Shown: positions 34,129-46,756, counted from the first letter of the whole stretch. The stretch is 61,626 nt of DNA, filler included, from Globobulimina sp. (GCA_003354225.1; 24 parts of 24 records of this genome joined end to end with filler, not necessarily neighbours in it), one strand, 5' to 3'. Notes: generated by a model not told the origin, from the sequence alone. Numbers and translations are program-made.

Positions 34129-35733
34129 ATGTCACTCCCAAACCTGAACTTGAACATGGACTCTTGGCAAATAGCGGAAACAATTGCGTTTATCACAAAA
34201 CATGAAGCAGCAAAGGTAGCATTGCAATTTCCCGATCATTTATTAAAACAATCAGCATCAATAACACTGTTACTTAAGCAAACATTATTGAAATTATCCA
34301 AAAGTAACAATGGAAATGACACTGATTATAAAATTTACATTATGGGAGACAGCACCTTTGCGCCATGTTGTGTGGACGAGATAACTGCGCAACATATCAA
34401 TGCAGATGTTATTATTCATTACGGCTGGTCGTGCTGTTCAGCAACAAATAGAATTCCCGTTTTTCATGTTTTAGGCCATCAAACCTTTGATATCCAATTA
34501 TTAAATAAATTGTTTTTCGCACCAACAACATTCCAACAAACATTTGCTTCCTTCGATAAAATATTAATTATATACGAACCACATTACAATCATTATAAAA
34601 ATCAATTCATTCAACTATTTAAACACAAAAACATCCAATTTATAATCTCGGACATTCATAACAAAATAAACAAATCAATGAAATCATCCTTGCGCTGTCA
34701 GTCCGAACCACAGCAAAATGAAAACAAAAATGCTGACAAACAAAAAACGGAACAGTCTCATTTTTGTGGGTTTCACTATGAGAATTTCTTAGATATAAAA
34801 CAATGGAACGAACTGTTGCAATCAGATAATTTTAGCATCGATGCTATCAAAAAGAAGTATGGTGTTTTGTATATTGGTAATGACGAATTTGATGAATACT
34901 CAGAAACACCATCTTGTGCGAATCAATTGTATTTATCGCTGCTAACAAACTTTGGTTCGTGCTTTAAATTTATTTCATATAATCCACGCAAAGCACAATC
35001 ATATTTTGATGAGGAAAAAAACAATGAAACAGGTAATTATGATATTGATTATATTTTTAATATGAAAAGAAATGAAAAATTGTTATCTAAAATGTTAATT
35101 TATAGATACAGTTTGATAGAAAAGATAAAAACGAGTGATATCATAGGTATTGTTTGTGCGACCTTGGTAGTTGAGAATTATTTGGATATTATAAAAACGT
35201 TAAAAGAAACTATCCGTAAATCAGGTAAAAAATCATATATGTTCAGTGTTGGCAAAATAAATCCAGCAAAATTAGGCAATTTCAGCGAAATTGATATTTT
35301 TGTAATTGTTACATGTGCCATGTCATTTGCTTATTTATTACCCGTGCAACAAACAGCATTTTTTAAAAATTTAGTCACTCCCTTTGATATTATGATGGCA
35401 TTGAATCATTTGGATGGTGATAGTAAGGATAGTATGAAATGGACAGGAATGTATTCGACAGATTTTAATGATATATTAAACCATTCATTTAAGATGGGTG
35501 GAATTGAAACATTACCATTTGGAAAATCAGAGAGTGAAATGAAAGATAACAATGATAAAATAGTTGCAACGTATGGTAAAGCGGGAGATTTGGTGAAAAG
35601 CGATGCAACACATTATATGTTAGAGAAACGAACATGGAAAGGGGTTGAATTTATATCTGACGACATTGCACCAAGTAAAATCGAACAAGGATTAACTGGG
35701 ATTGCATCACAATACAAAGGTGAATTTAAGTAA
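34129..35733 (+). CDS. DPH2: Diphthamide biosynthesis protein 2
   Basis: VALQFPDHLL, GDSTFAPCCVDEITAQH..AD.IIHYG.SC, GKINPAKLGNF.EID.FV..C, and C-terminal RTWKG...IEQG..GIA..Y typical of Dph2. Confidence 0.92.
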   Translation: MSLPNLNLNMDSWQIAETIAFITKHEAAKVALQFPDHLLKQSASITLLLKQTLLKLSKSNNGNDTDYKIYIMGDSTFAPCCVDEITAQHINADVIIHYGWSCCSATNRIPVFHVLGHQTFDIQLLNKLFFAPTTFQQTFASFDKILIIYEPHYNHYKNQFIQLFKHKNIQFIISDIHNKINKSMKSSLRCQSEPQQNENKNADKQKTEQSHFCGFHYENFLDIKQWNELLQSDNFSIDAIKKKYGVLYIGNDEFDEYSETPSCANQLYLSLLTNFGSCFKFISYNPRKAQSYFDEEKNNETGNYDIDYIFNMKRNEKLLSKMLIYRYSLIEKIKTSDIIGIVCATLVVENYLDIIKTLKETIRKSGKKSYMFSVGKINPAKLGNFSEIDIFVIVTCAMSFAYLLPVQQTAFFKNLVTPFDIMMALNHLDGDSKDSMKWTGMYSTDFNDILNHSFKMGGIETLPFGKSESEMKDNNDKIVATYGKAGDLVKSDATHYMLEKRTWKGVEFISDDIAPSKIEQGLTGIASQYKGEFK

Positions 35734-36485
35734 TTACTGATTAATGACCATTGATAGTACCTTTTCCATTTATATTTTGTTTAATTAATTGGCATTGGCA
35801 ATAGGGTTTTTGCTTTTAGTTCATTTCTTCAATCAACATTTAAATTTTCTATTTTTACTAACATTTGAGTGCTTCACTTTGTAACTAAGTATGCTGACCA
35901 TGGGCAATAACTCTTTNNNNNNNNNNNNNNNNNNNNNNNNNNNNNNNNNNNNNNNNNNNNTTAATTAATTAANNNNNNNNNNNNNNNNNNNNNNNNNNNN
36001 NNNNNNNNNNNNNNNNCAATTTATGTGCAATATCGGCTAAATACTATATGAATTGAATGTGTTTTTGGAAGGAAAATAGGTTAATAATAAAATGTGAAAG
36101 GTAACATTTAACTTTTTGAATTGTTGGGATAATGTATGATATGCCATTTGTACAGTTTGTATATGTTGAATTTGTTCGTTTGTCTTTTGCATAAATTTTC
36201 TTATTTCATCATTAGTGGCTTCTGTGGGTTTTTCATGTGATTCTGTGGGTTGTATTGATTTTTGGTTTTTTTCGTCATTATCATCAGATTTGATGGAACC
36301 ATTTTTGCGTTTTTTTGAATGTTTGGCCACATGTGCTTTGGTTGAAATCTTCGAATCGTCTGACTCTGATGCTGCGTCCGTTGACATTTAGCAAGTAACC
36401 GGCGTGATGATGTCGGAGTTGGTAAGTTGTAAAAAGAAAGTTTTTGCTCAAACACTTGCTTCAACAAAAATAACGACATTCGTTT

Positions 36486-37217
36486 TCATAACTCTTGGTG
36501 CATATTACTGTATTTTTCCCACTGTTTGCAGTACAAATTAGTATCAAACGAACGAACTTCAATATCCCACAACGTTACATCTGCCGCAACATTCAGTGGA
36601 TCACTGATGATAATGTCTTGATGTCTACACATATGGACATTGTTTGTCACTGCTTTTCTGTTTCCTTGATAAATAATATCATGTTTAATCAATTGATTAT
36701 TATCCGTATAGTGACGATATTCAATTTTAACATTGGTTTCATTGAATTGTAAATCAAAATGATAAATAGATCCTATATTAACAGATAAACATTGATGACA
36801 TGGCGATTTGAATGGATATTGTCTCCAACAATACGATTTATCAGATATTGCAAATTCGAATTTGAGCAGTTTAGTGTCGATATAAAGAGCTGGATATCGT
36901 GAACCATGGCAATTACAGCCATAATCTAAACCATTTTTGCCAATACGGAATATATTTTCAAATTCATTATTTGGATGATCATGCTTTATGCCGTGACATA
37001 TTAACTTAAACTTTATCTCAAAATCTTTTCTTAGTTGTATTGTACCATACGATTTCCCCAATTTCGGTTTGAAATATGATAAAGATTTCCAATAAGAGAG
37101 ATTATCGGTCTCATATTCATTCTGATTCATATTGCTTGGGCTTTTAAACAACTCTGAACCATACAAAACTATTAAAGTATTCCATACAATGTACATAATA
37201 TTCAGTATTTGTGTCAT
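36486..37217 (-). CDS. Hypothetical secreted or membrane-anchored beta-rich protein
   Basis: Complete 243-aa ORF with hydrophobic N-terminus; ENIFRIG..GC..HGSRYPALYI. Confidence 0.5.
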   Translation of the reverse strand: MTQILNIMYIVWNTLIVLYGSELFKSPSNMNQNEYETDNLSYWKSLSYFKPKLGKSYGTIQLRKDFEIKFKLICHGIKHDHPNNEFENIFRIGKNGLDYGCNCHGSRYPALYIDTKLLKFEFAISDKSYCWRQYPFKSPCHQCLSVNIGSIYHFDLQFNETNVKIEYRHYTDNNQLIKHDIIYQGNRKAVTNNVHMCRHQDIIISDPLNVAADVTLWDIEVRSFDTNLYCKQWEKYSNMHQEL

Positions 37218-37291
37218 GATGATCCGAAAATATTCGCGGGCTTCGTTTTGTATTCTAGCTTACTCAGTGAAAACTTCAAACGCACCGCATT

Positions 37292-37353
37292 TTGGAAACA
37301 CAAAGTTTTAAAAAAATTAGAAACCAATGGAGAGGTCATCACATCTCCTAAAC
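37292..37353 (-). repeat. MITE family B, partial copy 2
   Basis: Reverse complement TAGGAGATGTGATGACCTCTCCATTGGTTTCTAATTTTTTTAAAACTTTGTGTTTCCAA aligns with about 30135-30197. Confidence 0.75.
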
Positions 37354-37403
37354 TATCCATATAAAAATATTTGAAAACACATAAAAATCAGTTGACAAAA
37401 TTA

Positions 37404-38488
37404 TTATACCATACAATTTACATTTTGTTCTTGTTGTTTCCTTTCTCGCCTCCTTTTAAGTCTTCGAGCGCGTTTTTTATAGAGCTTTTTTCTTTTGCTT
37501 TTATTTGTAATGTGTTTGTTGGGAACACGCTGAAACCATTCAATATAAATAGCATTGTTCGGTGACGTATAAGGTGACTTTATATTTTTGGATCGGTGAC
37601 GTATAAGGTTTTTGGAAGGTTTAGAAGAAAACATATTGAATTGTATCCTCTTAAATCTGTCTTTATATTTGCGTAACGCATATGATATATTAAACTGTTG
37701 TTTTTCAATTACATCCGCCAACCTAATTTTTTTCAAATGTGGATTCACAGAACTGCTCAAATAACTTAATATGCGGTCAAACAATGTTAACGATAATTTT
37801 TGATCATAAACCCAAATTACATTAGCAACAGGAAATAATGCATTTATCTCCACCCATTTAATATGTTCTGCTTTATCATAAAATAAATCTGACAATGACT
37901 CTTGTTTTGCCTTCTTTAGCCTTTGACAACTTAAAGTTACCCATCTTTGGTTCTCACAATATACATTCAACATATTTTTGGCATACTCTGCCAACACATT
38001 AAGTTTCTTATAGAATGGTAAAGTTAATGAGAATTGATTATGAATAAGTTTCACCACTAAACGGCGTAAATTCCCATGTAGATCCCCTTCAAAATAACAT
38101 GGAAATCTAGTTATTTGATGGATAACCTCTAACGCGTCAAAGATTTCTTTATAAGAATCTCCTAAACGCGTACTATAAATATCTTGGATCCTCAATTTCG
38201 CCTCATTTTGAATAAAAAACCATTCATTTTCATTGGTATAGTCAGAAACACACTTAGCGTCAAAATATTTGCAAAAAATTGGGTTAAAACTGGCATTTGT
38301 AAAAAATGGGTTAAAACTGGCATTTGAAAGTTCAAGTATTAGTCCATTGAGCATATTTGCGAAATTGATGGCAAACGCAAAACTGGTGGTGGTTGACACT
38401 GGTCCTCTAATAATAATGCCTCCGGGACCGACATATTGCGGGAATGACATCCCTTCGTCAATTCCGTGATGAAACCTATCATCTTTTT
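37404..38488 (-). CDS. Putative ADP-ribosyltransferase-fold protein, 5' truncated
   Basis: The frame extends upstream to FHHG; then GPVSTTTS..A.NFA..G.ILEL and SDY.NENEWFF, matching the order of the ART motifs (R/H-G, S-T-S/T, E-x-E). Confidence 0.55.
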
Positions 38489-38588
38489 NNNNNNNNNNNN
38501 NNNNNNNNNNNNNNNNNNNNNNNNNNNNNNNNTTAATTAATTAANNNNNNNNNNNNNNNNNNNNNNNNNNNNNNNNNNNNNNNNNNNN

Positions 38589-41059
38589 GCATTGGTGTCA
38601 TCCCCAAACTAAGATGTTTGAGGAGGAATTCATTTATCTTTTCATCGCAGTCTATTGTCTCAACCGTGAGATTGCTTTGACCCAAGAACTGATTCGTAAA
38701 GGCTTGAAAGATGATTCTGTTATTGATCAATATGCGGAAACCTGCCCATTTCGTAATCCTTGGCGGGATAATGCGTCTCAACCAACAATACATATTAAAC
38801 CATCGCCGGTTGCTTGTTGGAAAGGTATATTAGCGTTGGGTCATAAGTTTCGTTTCCGAATCATGGGCGTGAAGCATCAGACAATGTTCGCCAGCAAATT
38901 GCCGCCAAGTTTGATGAAATCTGATGATAATAAAGCACGCATTGCATATATTCTTGAATTGATTACACAAAAAAAGTATCGATTGAATGAAATAGAGCTT
39001 TTAACTGGAAACTGGTTCAATAAAAGTGCGGAAATCTGTGATTATACCGTGGGTGACACAGCTTTGTTTGTATACGGTTGGAAATATACTGATTCTTTGG
39101 TCGCGGCGTGGAATGACAGAGCATCATTATTTGTTGAAACCACTGGTATTAAGATTCAAATTGCCAATTATCGCGTTGCTGTGGTTGGGGGTAAAATGCA
39201 TAAATATATACCGTATATGGAGGCGCCTATGGGAGATAGGACCCGTTTATATGAACAGAATCAAATTGTCTATGCGAGAGATAATAAATACACTTTTAGT
39301 AAAATGCCAGGTTCCAATATAAAATTGCGTAAATCTGCTGTTATTCCACAGCCCCGAGATCGCAGTGTGTATCACGTTGATGTATTAGAGCAAAATTACT
39401 GTTTGGCCTCGAAATTCGATCTTGCGAAGAATCCGCACTTTAAATTGAGTGTACATGCACAACAACGTTCATATACAAACACTGAATGGCATCCGCAACA
39501 TATTAAGATATTTAAATCCGAGATCGAAGCCAATGGTACTTTGCTGTATATTGTTGATGTAGTATGGAGTACGTTGTTTACTGCGACCATTGCTCGCTTC
39601 AAATCTGTTGAACAATGGTGTGGGACAGAAATTGCTTTGTTTGATCGTCATTTCCATGCTACCATTGATGCCATACAATATTATGTACCTTCTGACCATC
39701 ACTTTATTGAGAATTTTGACAATAAAGTTACTAATTATTTAGCGAAAATTGCAGGTTTGGACGATGGCACAGTTGGTTCTGCGCAAAAAGTGAATTCGTA
39801 TGGTTTGGAGGAACAGATTAGTAATCCCTCGGTGCTCCGAAATCTCCCTCGACGTCGACGCCGTAATAATCGCAATAATCGGTCAGTTCCTACCAAACAA
39901 TTTGTCACTTCGAAATTGCGTAATATTCAACGCATGAACCAAATTTCTCCGACAATCTCTCTCCGTTCACCACAGGCCCCAAATCGCGTGCATTCACATC
40001 ATGTACAAGCGCCTCCCTCTGCTCCTCGTTTACATCATGTCCAGCCACCGTTAAATCAATCCAATGTGTTACCCTCTGATCCGACGTACAAAGACGTTTT
40101 GGTTTCTGCACAGAAACACAGTGATACCCACAAACCAAACAAAGCTGACTCTGCTCCGCTACCCGTTCCCCACACAGCTTCTCTTCGTGTTAATAGTGAT
40201 CGCTTTGCACGTAACGAGCCTGTAAATGTATTAAATGTACCATCACGACCACCACATTATGGACGCCGACCACTTTTCATCCAAAAGGAAATATCTTCGA
40301 TCACTCCCCGATTAATCCACATACTGCAGACTTTGCTAAATTTGATCCCCTCTATGCACATAGTGGCCATTTAATAGATAATGGTGATCTTTATTTTGCT
40401 GCCATGCTCGTCCAATATTATATGTATACCAATAAATATAAAACTGGCTATGAGCGCATTGAGGTGTTTTGGAGGCAATTTACCAAAGATCCTTTCATTC
40501 CGATTCGGCGTATTCTCGATATTAAGGCGCTTGGCATTCCATTTACTAACACTATACGCTCTGGCCGCGTGATTATCCGGTAATGAATTGGCATCGTTTG
40601 CTTTCTTCATCGATTGTGCAGGAATACACAGCTGCCATTTATCAGAATCGTGCCATTATACCGGATACATTAAAGAGCCGTGCCTTTGAGATATATGCAC
40701 AATCTCTTGACCCTAATTATAATGTTTCTGACAATGTTGTTGATGATGAGACTGAGACTAAATCTAATTTGCATGATGATTCTCACTCAGATTTGCAACA
40801 TGACTCTCACCGCGATGCCCAGTCATCTGTGGGTAATGATATTTCGTCACAAATTGATGATGGCGCGGTTGTTGATGCTGTGCAATCTGATATTTCCATG
40901 GATGAACATGTCCAAATTGATAAACATGTTGACACTGTAAAACATATTGAAATTGCGCAAAATCGAACTGTTTCGTGTGTTATGTGTGGATGTCAAGGAA
41001 AGATTGATAATCACTCAACTCATTGGCCATGCGATGCCTGCAATTATGATAATAATGCG
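38589..41059 (+). pseudogene. Long intron-less ORF with apparent frameshifts, ending in a RanBP2-like zinc finger
   Basis: 586-aa ORF; an overlapping open frame of about 100 codons (~40278-40583); then ORF 40583 onward with CVMC and WPCDACNYDN. Confidence 0.45.
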
Positions 41060-41159
41060 NNNNNNNNNNNNNNNNNNNNNNNNNNNNNNNNNNNNNNNNN
41101 NNNTTAATTAATTAANNNNNNNNNNNNNNNNNNNNNNNNNNNNNNNNNNNNNNNNNNNN

Positions 41160-42185
41160 TTCTTCTTTTTCTTTTGACATTAAGGAGTATAGCCTATGAG
41201 GGACAAAATCTCAATTACCAAACACAAATAAATTCTTACATGACCGCAATGTGCCCGTTTTATTAGCGGCAAAGGCCCAAAGTGGGCCAAATAAATACCA
41301 CATTGATCAGAAAGTAACGTATAAATCGAATGTGATCGTCAACACAGTGTTGGAATATTTGTGTGTGAATGGAAAAATGCCGCAAAATGAATTTGAAAGA
41401 AGCCGGTCTGACATTATTAATGCATGGCAGGACTGGATGGATAACAATTTAATACCTCATTTATATGCGGCGATAGACTATGATTCTTATAATATTTCTT
41501 ATATAAATAAATTATTCAATGAAGGCAAAAACAAACAAGGCGAAGAAAATAGCACTGATATTATGTTTAGATATTTGAAGGAATTTAAGGTATTCTTTCA
41601 CGTCGGATTCTGGAAACGATTTAAGTGTTGATTGTTTGTTAAGGATTTGTCGGTGTTATAATGACAATTTGCAAAGATAACGTTTGGTGATGATCAATAT
41701 GACATATTTGTGTATTTTGATTGGTATTTAATATATTTGCCACAACAAAAATAAGTTCCAATCAAAATACACAGATATGTCATAAATCCGAAATGAATTT
41801 GATATATTTTATTCTTTTGCAAATTGGGAATTATAATGTTTTAAAGAAATTTGAGACTCTGGCTGTGACCACATTTCCTGTGCAACAAATGTGTACTCAG
41901 TTGTTTCACAATCAAGCTAAGCAAATACGGCATAAATATGGCATACCCAATGGATTTGATATACAACATTTGACAGAGACTATGCAGGAATGGCATGAGG
42001 TTACACACATTTCTTTCCATGGCGGCAGTAAACCCGATATTGCCGATTTAATGTGTTTTGGTATTCTTAGAACCTTTTCAAATATTCCGATGGTGACGCA
42101 ATTGATCAAAGAGAGTGGATTGCAGGAATGGTATGAGAGTGTCGAGGAAATGATTGGACCACATTCTTGTGTCACACATGCTTAA
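41160..42185 (+). CDS. Prostaglandin E synthase 2-like GST-family protein, introns, 5' truncated
   Basis: WQDWMDNNLIPHL and FHGGSKPDIADLMCFGILR...WY..VE match the PTGES2 C-terminal pattern. Confidence 0.7.
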
Positions 42186-42629
42186 AATTAATGGCATGTA
42201 AATTGAAATAATCTGTGAAATATGAGATAGTAAAAAATTAAAAATACATCTCCCATGAATGAAATTGATCGCTACGTGTCCATAATTATTGAACAATGGA
42301 CTAGTTTCAAGTCTGTACTCCCAGTCCCAGCCTATCACATACTTTGAGTTCCCTACAAACTGTAATATTTACTCCAACATCTTGTTCCCAACCACTGCAG
42401 TCACAGCTAATTTTAATTTTGGTGATCGGAGTTATTCGCTCACCACAATAAATTAGTGTCTGCAGTGACTGCATACACAACTATTGACCTAATTTATTCA
42501 GCTCCAAATGTTGATATCCGATCACGCAATGAAAATTAGCGAGGTCAGTGTCAGGTCACAGTGATGAAGCTATGAACCGTTTTTCAATCGGATTAATTTG
42601 CAACTAGGTCAACTTCGAATACTAGGTTG

Positions 42630-42700
42630 AAAACCACTCTAGCTAACCCAAAAACCTTGCTAATCGTTGAAATGAAACGAAACGAAACTAAGCCAAAAAA
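42630..42700 (-). repeat. Interspersed repeat family A, copy 2
   Basis: Reverse complement of the 18230-18322 sequence. Confidence 0.85.
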
Positions 42701-42764
42701 TTCAAATAAATAGTTTTTATCTAGCGCCGTGAGAAGGTTATACAATGGGAGATTTTTGAAAGAA

Positions 42765-43630
42765 TTATATATCAACATCCATGATACTGCTCAGATGTCT
42801 ATTTTTTTCATCACAATCACAATTAGACTTACTTTCATTGTTTTCATTCATATGATTTTGATATTGATTAATTAACTGAGCCATAACAAATGGATAGACA
42901 CTGTCATTTACATCTAAACCGATCAATGTTCTTTTCCCAATTGAAAAATCTTTATTTTTCGCTTCAAATCCTTTCGCAATCTCCATAATTTGTGGTCCAT
43001 TTGGTAGTCCTTTGCCCAACTTAGAAATATCAAACTTAACATCCAAATCTTCAAAATGCTCATATTTTATATTATAATCAGGATCTAAATCATATCTTTT
43101 CCGTTCCTCCTCAACTTCATCCCTTTCACTCTCTGTTTGTAACTCACCATCAAAATCTCCAACACCAACAACAAAATCATTCCTTTTCTTGCTCTTACAA
43201 TATTTCCTCATTTCATTTTTCCTTTCTCTCTGTCTTTGATTTGCGTTTGGTCCTTTTTTCAATCTTTCGATATAATCCAATTCTTGTTTAACTTCCATCG
43301 CTGTTAATTTATCATCGCCAATCCATGCCTTTTCATGCAATCTTTGTTTATGCACTGCATATTGTTTATGATTCATTATTAAATCATTAAATTCTTCCTC
43401 CAATTCAACTTTATGACAATGCGGCAATGTCTGCATGATCTCATCTCTCTGTCTTGCCACCATATCACACATCATTTTATCATGAATATGTTCCAATGTT
43501 TCATTATCCGCTTTCAAATGCTCCACCAACGATTTCCAATATTCTTCATCTTCCTAAAAAAAACAAATCAACCAATCAAAAACACAGAAAACGCATCGAA
43601 AAAAAACATATTCGCACTCAAAAACACATA
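42765..43630 (-). CDS. Hypothetical charged helical protein, 5' truncated
   Basis: 254-aa ORF preceded by intron-like sequence; no family recognised. Confidence 0.45.
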
Positions 43631-43730
43631 NNNNNNNNNNNNNNNNNNNNNNNNNNNNNNNNNNNNNNNNNNNNTTAATTAATTAANNNNNNNNNNNNNN
43701 NNNNNNNNNNNNNNNNNNNNNNNNNNNNNN

Positions 43731-44192
43731 ATGTCGTCTGGTGATTATTTGGTATATATGGATGCCGGTTCATATCCAATATCATCGTTTGAAGATATTT
43801 ATGAATTTATTGAGACCCATTCGGAGTATAACGGTGTGCTATTCTTCGGTGTTGGTTTACCACAAAAGGAATGGTGCAAAAGAGATGCATATATATTACA
43901 AAATTGTGATGAGGAAAAATGTTGGAATGCTGGACAAATAAATGCTTTCTTCAATGTATGGAGAAAGAGTAAATTCTCTATAAACCTATCTAAAATTTGG
44001 TTAAATGAAGCAAGTAATAAATCAATTTTAGACGATGGACCGAGTAAACTTGGAAAAGAATTGCCTGGATTTCAAGCTCATAGACATGACCAAGCCGTTA
44101 TTACAAATATTATGAACAGAGAAGGGTACAAATATGGACCACCCGGGTGGCAGTTACATGATTATGTTGTTCACGATAGGTTTCCATTTTAG
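43731..44192 (+). CDS. Glycosyltransferase-like protein, C-terminal fragment
   Basis: GDYLVYMDAG, WCKRDA and F..HRHDQAV motifs. Confidence 0.65.
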   Translation: MSSGDYLVYMDAGSYPISSFEDIYEFIETHSEYNGVLFFGVGLPQKEWCKRDAYILQNCDEEKCWNAGQINAFFNVWRKSKFSINLSKIWLNEASNKSILDDGPSKLGKELPGFQAHRHDQAVITNIMNREGYKYGPPGWQLHDYVVHDRFPF

Positions 44193-44242
44193 TGTGTGAC
44201 TGTTACAGTGAAGTCACTAACTTTATATTTATTTCTGTAACC

Positions 44243-45019
44243 ATGGCGTCCATCCTAAACATTAACTTACTTCCAATGATTGAACCGGTATCGAAGGAAT
44301 TTGAAGTGTTGCCAGTTAGAAGAGTAATAATTTCCATGTTTTCTATTTGTATTTGGGAATTTATTTATCAAACATTCAGAAGAAAGTACAAATACAATAT
44401 CACCAAAGCATCCAATCGAACTGCTTTGATTCATTCGATTCATGAAATCTTTGCAATTACATTTGTATTACTAACATACTACGATGATTTGTTTGTTATT
44501 CCTCCAAAATCTACGTTTTGTGATCCAATACCAAAGGCGGAATATGTTTTAGCTATAACATGCGGATATTTCTTATGGGACTTAACATGGTTGGCACGAC
44601 ATTTTGATGTTTTATGGTTATTGCATGCTTCAATGAGTCTCGGTATATATATACCAGCAATGATGGTGCCTTATTTTCAAAGACAATCATTATTTGTTTT
44701 ATACTATGAAGTTTCGACAATATTTTACCATTTATATGTTATTTTTGAAGATGCAAATTGTTGCATGGCACTGATAAATGTCACCAAAATATTTTTTGCT
44801 GCTTCATTTTTCATATTTCGAATTATTTTAGGAAGTTGGGTTGTTTTTGAGGTGTGGGATAGTTCGTGGTTTAATATATTTTACGGAAAACATCTTTCAA
44901 TGTGTGTTCCATTGGCATGTTATGGACCAGTTTCAATGTTAGTTGCGGCATTTCAATGTCTAAACCTTTATTGGTTTATACATATTCTCACTCAATCTGG
45001 TAAAAACAAGCAAGATTAA
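44243..45019 (+). CDS. TLC (TRAM/LAG1/CLN8) domain membrane protein
   Basis: LIHS, CGYFLWDL, LLH, YEVSTIF, FAASFFIFRI, LNLYWF..I. Confidence 0.88.
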   Translation: MASILNINLLPMIEPVSKEFEVLPVRRVIISMFSICIWEFIYQTFRRKYKYNITKASNRTALIHSIHEIFAITFVLLTYYDDLFVIPPKSTFCDPIPKAEYVLAITCGYFLWDLTWLARHFDVLWLLHASMSLGIYIPAMMVPYFQRQSLFVLYYEVSTIFYHLYVIFEDANCCMALINVTKIFFAASFFIFRIILGSWVVFEVWDSSWFNIFYGKHLSMCVPLACYGPVSMLVAAFQCLNLYWFIHILTQSGKNKQD

Positions 45020-45181
45020 TTTGTTTATATAAATACATAATCATTTTCACATTTTCCTGATTTATAATCCTTGTCATTCCTTGCACGAAACATATATATA
45101 ATTAGAAATCCATTCTGATATAATGGAAAACGAATTTTCCTGATCTTTCTCGTTAGAAAGTTTTTGATTTTACATTCTTTA

Positions 45182-45877
45182 ATGCCTTCGTTTGAGTTAC
45201 TTTTATTGTTTTTAAGTTTAATTGGATTGAATGGAGGAGAACAAGTAATTACACCATTACAATGCGGATCAGAGGTGTTAATAAAACATGCAAACTCAGA
45301 TTTATGCTTAACAATGACCAAAAATAAACATAATTCAAACTTGACTCAAATTGGATTAAAAACATGCTATGAAATATATACTAATCAACGATGGATAATA
45401 CATTGCTGTGATCAATATTTATTGCGATGTGGAAAATATAATCCTTTTACAAATGATGGTTCCGCAATTCAGTATAATTCATATTTCCAAATACAACAAA
45501 AAATGACAAAATTATGCATTTCAACAGCAAATACTTGGAAAAATGGGAAAAATAATCAGTCTGTTTATTTGCAACAATGCCAACTATCATTATTAGATGT
45601 TATGGATTCAACACAATCCATAAAAATACAGAGAGATAAATTTTTTTTTAATGATGGCGATGAAAATGGAAATACAGTAATTTATACAAATCATTTAACA
45701 CAATTTATTAATTTATACAATCCATTGTGTTTAGGGTATGATTTAAGTCCAACACAAAAATTGTTAAAAGGATATGATTGCAACCTATCAAACGACAAAA
45801 AAAAGAAACGGACACAATTTAAATTTATACCATTTTTGCAAACACAAAGTATAAATGCACTGCATAGAGACTTATAA
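45182..45877 (+). CDS. Secreted beta-trefoil (MIR/ricin B-like) protein
   Basis: Signal peptide; three repeats (L.CGS.V.IKH..S.LCL / I..N...QI....T.LCI / I..N...F.N..N.LCL), with QRW.I. Confidence 0.6.
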   Translation: MPSFELLLLFLSLIGLNGGEQVITPLQCGSEVLIKHANSDLCLTMTKNKHNSNLTQIGLKTCYEIYTNQRWIIHCCDQYLLRCGKYNPFTNDGSAIQYNSYFQIQQKMTKLCISTANTWKNGKNNQSVYLQQCQLSLLDVMDSTQSIKIQRDKFFFNDGDENGNTVIYTNHLTQFINLYNPLCLGYDLSPTQKLLKGYDCNLSNDKKKKRTQFKFIPFLQTQSINALHRDL

Positions 45878-46301
45878 ATTGATTTTAAGGTAACAACTGA
45901 CACCGCTATGTCGAGATTCGTAACGGATTTTATATAAAAACGTGTCAAATAATGTAAAACCGACTTCGTCGACGTCTGCACCCATTTGGAATTTTTAACA
46001 TAATCACATTTAACATGTACTAGTACTTTTAATAGAATAACTGAGTGAACAGACCTTTTACTCCTTACTTTAAAAACTTACTAAAAACCATTAGACTATG
46101 CTCAACTAAGTTTTTTTCGAGACCGTTACATTTCAAGTCTACTTATGTCTAAGAGGATTGCTTGCCAGCAGCGTGGATTAATAAATAGTCCTCACTCTAT
46201 TNNNNNNNNNNNNNNNNNNNNNNNNNNNNNNNNNNNNNNNNNNNNTTAATTAATTAANNNNNNNNNNNNNNNNNNNNNNNNNNNNNNNNNNNNNNNNNNN
46301 N

Positions 46302-46552
46302 ATCAATATGAAAAATTTAAAAACCAAAATATTAAAACTCCGACAAATGGGTGGCACCAATTTTGAGAAAGGTTATAAAGCGGCAAGTGAAGCATTGAAA
46401 GCATATTCAATTGGTAAACAGCAAGATATTCAACAATATGATAATCGCATTATTATGCTTACCGACGCCCAACCAAACATAGGAGTAACTAATCCAAATT
46501 CGTTGCTATATGTTGTTGCTAAAAATGCAAATGACAAAAGAAAAATGCAAGC
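46302..46552 (+). CDS. vWA domain internal fragment
   Basis: LRQMGGTNFEKGY..A...RIIMLTDAQPN.G; breaks off at NANDKRK. Confidence 0.75.
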
Positions 46553-46756
46553 ATTAATAAAAGGTATACTTGAAGATGTTTTTCTTTACTAAAGTGGTTT
46601 TTTACTTACACTGAATGATAATGACAGCGTGAAAAAATGTCTGCCAAACCCAACTAGGATCTATGTGTATAGTATATTTTGCATCATACATCGATCCTTA
46701 AAATATATTGGAAACCATCGATGTATCCACTACTAATTATTTATTCTGACAAATAG

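Noticed and set aside
38276-38326. 24-bp tandem duplication (NASFNPFF / NASFNPIF)
   Set aside because: Ordinary in-frame slippage duplication inside a CDS.
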